A stretch of DNA of 48,218 bases from the IMG/VR virus record IMGVR_UViG_3300029825_000013, positions 1 to 48,218 of that record; one strand, 5' to 3'. The position numbers and the translations under genes are program-made. This document shows positions 46,017-48,218 of this stretch, piece after piece (the stretch's first letter is position 1; each line of letters opens with the position of its first letter). The DNA comes from a virus (lineage: Duplodnaviria; Caudoviricetes). The notes below the pieces were generated by a model. The model ran no database searches, was not told where the DNA came from, and saw nothing but the letters and a program-made list of their open reading frames with translations.

Positions 46017-47560
46017 ATGTTACAATTGAAAGGGCATTAAAGATGCCAGTGCTATTTAGTTACTTTGTTGACAGTTTTAGCGAAGATACAAAGGCAATAT
46101 TAGATAAGAATAAGCCGTTTGCTTTCTTTCATAAGAGTACACAGAAATATGAAATGACAGAGGAAGTGTTTCAAAAGCTCAGTGAAAAGCAGGAAAAGTT
46201 TGTTGATAATAGGATAGAACTGCCAAAGTTTGAGCGGGAACATAATGAAAAGTATGGTTATCAGGCTGATGCCGTATCTTTTTCATTTAAAACAAATAGC
46301 ATATTTATTAATTTTCCGCAAGGAATGGGAAAGACACTTACAGCATTGAAAATAGTAGAAGCACACGGTCATAAAAAGGTTTTAGTTATTTGTGGACAGA
46401 GCAACTTGCAAGAGGAGTGGTTAAAGGACGCTAGAAAACACAATATGATACACCTTAATTTAAACATAGTTGGAATGGATACAGGTGCAGGCACAAAGAA
46501 AAAGGTGGCGTGGATAGAAGCACACAAAGATATTGATGGTATTGATTTAATAAATATTGAGGCACTTAGAAATGTTGATGTTACTGCTGCATTGAGTGAA
46601 GTGCAGTATGACTGTATGATAGTTGATGAGGTTCAGTCTGCAAAAGGCTGGAAGACAGAACAAACAAAAGGATTAAATGAAATAGTATCAAGTGAGTCAC
46701 AATACAGAATAGCACTATCTGGAACACCCGTTTTGAATGACCCGTTAGAATATTTTTCATTACTTAAGTTCTTACGCGTATTTAGAACGGGCGATGGAAG
46801 ATTATTAGATGTATCAAGAACAACATTTGAGAAATATTATGGTGAATGGGCGTTTGACTTTTGGGGACACTATGTATGTAAGGGATTTAAACACTTAGAA
46901 GAACTGAGCGCATTAATTACGCCTATTTGGTGTTATGTAGATAAGTCAGAACTAGGCTTGCCACAAAAGACAAGAAAAAAAATAAACGTTCAGGATATTG
47001 CAGATGAGTATAATTATTTGAATACAGTTTATAGAATGCCAATAAAAAGTGTAAGAAAGAAAGGATTTAAAACAAAGTCTGAAATACGTTCTAAAATGCA
47101 ATTTTTAAGTTCAACAATGCCATCAAAGATAGAGTTTGTTAAAAACACAGCTGAAAGGCAGCTGGTATTTTCACAGTATACACAGGTGCTTGATGTGTAT
47201 TATAAGGAATTAAAAGACGCAGGTAAACGTGTATTGTTTTATCACGGCAAGTTAAATATGAAAGAAAGATTGCAAGTTTTGGAAGATTGGAGCAATAATA
47301 AAGCAGATATATTATTGTTGTCTTTAATGGCAGCGAGATATGGTTTAAATCTGACGGAAGCGAGTGTAACAACATTTATTGAACCACCAACAAGTATGCC
47401 AATACTGGAACAAGGGGAAGATAGGGCACACAGAATAGGGCAGGAAAAAGAGGTCAATAGTTACTTGCTATGTTCCAGTAATTTAGACGAAGAGGCACTT
47501 GAAAACATTCAAAGAAAGCAAGAAAGTATAGATAAATTGAAAGAATTGTTAATAAACTAG
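46013..47560 (+). CDS. SNF2-family helicase
   Basis: YQ, QGMGKT, IVDEVQ, LSGTP, VFSQY, YGLNL, QGEDRAHRIGQ. Confidence 0.92.
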   Translation: MNVTIERALKMPVLFSYFVDSFSEDTKAILDKNKPFAFFHKSTQKYEMTEEVFQKLSEKQEKFVDNRIELPKFEREHNEKYGYQADAVSFSFKTNSIFINFPQGMGKTLTALKIVEAHGHKKVLVICGQSNLQEEWLKDARKHNMIHLNLNIVGMDTGAGTKKKVAWIEAHKDIDGIDLINIEALRNVDVTAALSEVQYDCMIVDEVQSAKGWKTEQTKGLNEIVSSESQYRIALSGTPVLNDPLEYFSLLKFLRVFRTGDGRLLDVSRTTFEKYYGEWAFDFWGHYVCKGFKHLEELSALITPIWCYVDKSELGLPQKTRKKINVQDIADEYNYLNTVYRMPIKSVRKKGFKTKSEIRSKMQFLSSTMPSKIEFVKNTAERQLVFSQYTQVLDVYYKELKDAGKRVLFYHGKLNMKERLQVLEDWSNNKADILLLSLMAARYGLNLTEASVTTFIEPPTSMPILEQGEDRAHRIGQEKEVNSYLLCSSNLDEEALENIQRKQESIDKLKELLIN

Positions 47561-47580
47561 AGCATTTTGGTTCTAGTTTA
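47553..47580 (+). terminator. probable terminator hairpin
   Basis: TAAACTAGAGC-attttg-GTTCTAGTTTA. Confidence 0.6.
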
Positions 47581-47590
47581 TCGTACAATA
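47579..47590 (+). promoter_or_regulatory. phage-specific promoter motif TATCGTACAATA
   Basis: exact copy directly after the hairpin. Confidence 0.75.
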
Positions 47591-47665
47591 AGTACAGACT
47601 CTTAAACTTAGAAGTAATAAGTTTAGGGGAAGTAACAAGGTAACAAGTAAAGTAAGGAGACAAGT

Positions 47666-48034
47666 ATGGAACTAGTAAGTGATGGCATCGCTCGTGTGAG
47701 CGGGCTGGTAATGTTCAATATCAAAGTAGAAGGTATTTTAAGAAGCGAACTTTATGTAGTAGGTGAAGCACCATACACGCGAAACGATGGGGAAGTAATA
47801 CCGGTCTACGATGGACGTTACAACGATTTTAAAGTTACATATTGTCACAGCGTTTGTGATGGTGAAGACGGGGAAGAAGGTTACTTAGATTTAGATATTG
47901 AACCAGCGAGCAAACGAGAGATTATGAAACATAGCAAACGTTGTAAGTATTGTGGTTGCATTTTAAAGGGTGCACCACACGAAGTGAATGACTGTTGCAC
48001 ATACTCACATTTTAAAAGGGTAAAAGGTAAGTAA
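47666..48034 (+). CDS. hypothetical protein with Cys/His-rich C-terminus
   Basis: CKYCGC...H...C possible zinc site. Confidence 0.65.
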   Translation: MELVSDGIARVSGLVMFNIKVEGILRSELYVVGEAPYTRNDGEVIPVYDGRYNDFKVTYCHSVCDGEDGEEGYLDLDIEPASKREIMKHSKRCKYCGCILKGAPHEVNDCCTYSHFKRVKGK

Positions 48035-48035
48035 T

Positions 48036-48218
48036 ATGGATGAAAAAGAATTACAAGCAAAGATGTTAATGTTAGGTATATTGGGAATTATAACCGGTAA
48101 GGTAAACCCAAGAACAGTAAGGTTAGATACTTTAAGAGAAACATATGATTTAGTAAATGATGTGGAAACCTTTATTAACGAACACAGTAGTTCAGAAATG
48201 GCAAAGTTACCTATCTTA
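48036..48218 (+). CDS. hypothetical protein spanning the circular junction (continues to position 177; 86 aa)
   Basis: MDEKELQAK... reads in frame through the 99-bp overlap to TAA at 175-177. Confidence 0.75.
   Translation, partial: MDEKELQAKMLMLGILGIITGKVNPRTVRLDTLRETYDLVNDVETFINEHSSSEMAKLPIL
48120..48218. repeat. 99-bp direct terminal repeat, right copy
   Basis: identical to 1-99. Confidence 0.95.

Noticed and set aside
107-47663. Minus-strand ORFs in the supplied track
   Set aside because: All are shadows of well-supported + strand genes, lacking RBSs and recognisable motifs.
48120-48218. 99-bp terminal repeat as a biological DTR
   Set aside because: It falls mid-gene and its length matches a typical assembler k-mer overlap; it only indicates circularity.
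1-48218. Stop-codon reassignment
   Set aside because: Coding density is high under code 11, conserved genes are intact, and TAA, TAG and TGA all occur at true gene boundaries.
1-48218. tRNA genes, integrase/att site, repressor
   Set aside because: No cloverleaf with a T-arm consensus in the few intergenic gaps; no tyrosine or serine recombinase or divergent HTH pair recognised.

Overview
This window looks like a complete, circularly assembled 48,119-bp tailed phage genome: bases 1-99 recur exactly at 48120-48218 and an ORF reads through the junction. It is AT-rich, uses strong AGGAG(G) ribosome-binding sites typical of Bacillota/Mollicutes-type hosts, and has essentially all genes on the + strand. 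I see no integrase, repressor or recognisable endolysin. Modules: (i) a reduced 7-deazaguanine DNA-modification set (DpdA/TGT-like, YhhQ/VUT transporter, QueC) with no folE/queD/queE/queF; (ii) an early region behind a host sigmaA promoter, with a duplicated covarying RNA leader motif and two short sigma-like proteins; (iii) packaging and head genes interrupted by a pyrophosphatase, a holin and a fibre / radical-SAM / Gly-rich cassette; (iv) a siphovirus-type tail with a -1 frameshift chaperone and short tape measure; (v) a replication module reminiscent of Streptococcus phage Dp-1 (DnaB, primase, clamp and loader, Cas4-like nuclease, RecA, PolA, RecU-like, SNF2). The most striking oddity is the Gly-rich adhesin-like protein (17964-19151), which appears circularly permuted and sits directly behind a small radical-SAM gene. 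Other oddities are a triplicated putative tail-completion protein, a MuF-ADP-ribosyltransferase fusion, a repeated phage-specific promoter (TATCGTACAATA) and a mosaic segment revealed by AGCT sites. All calls come from motif recognition by eye; no database search was run.
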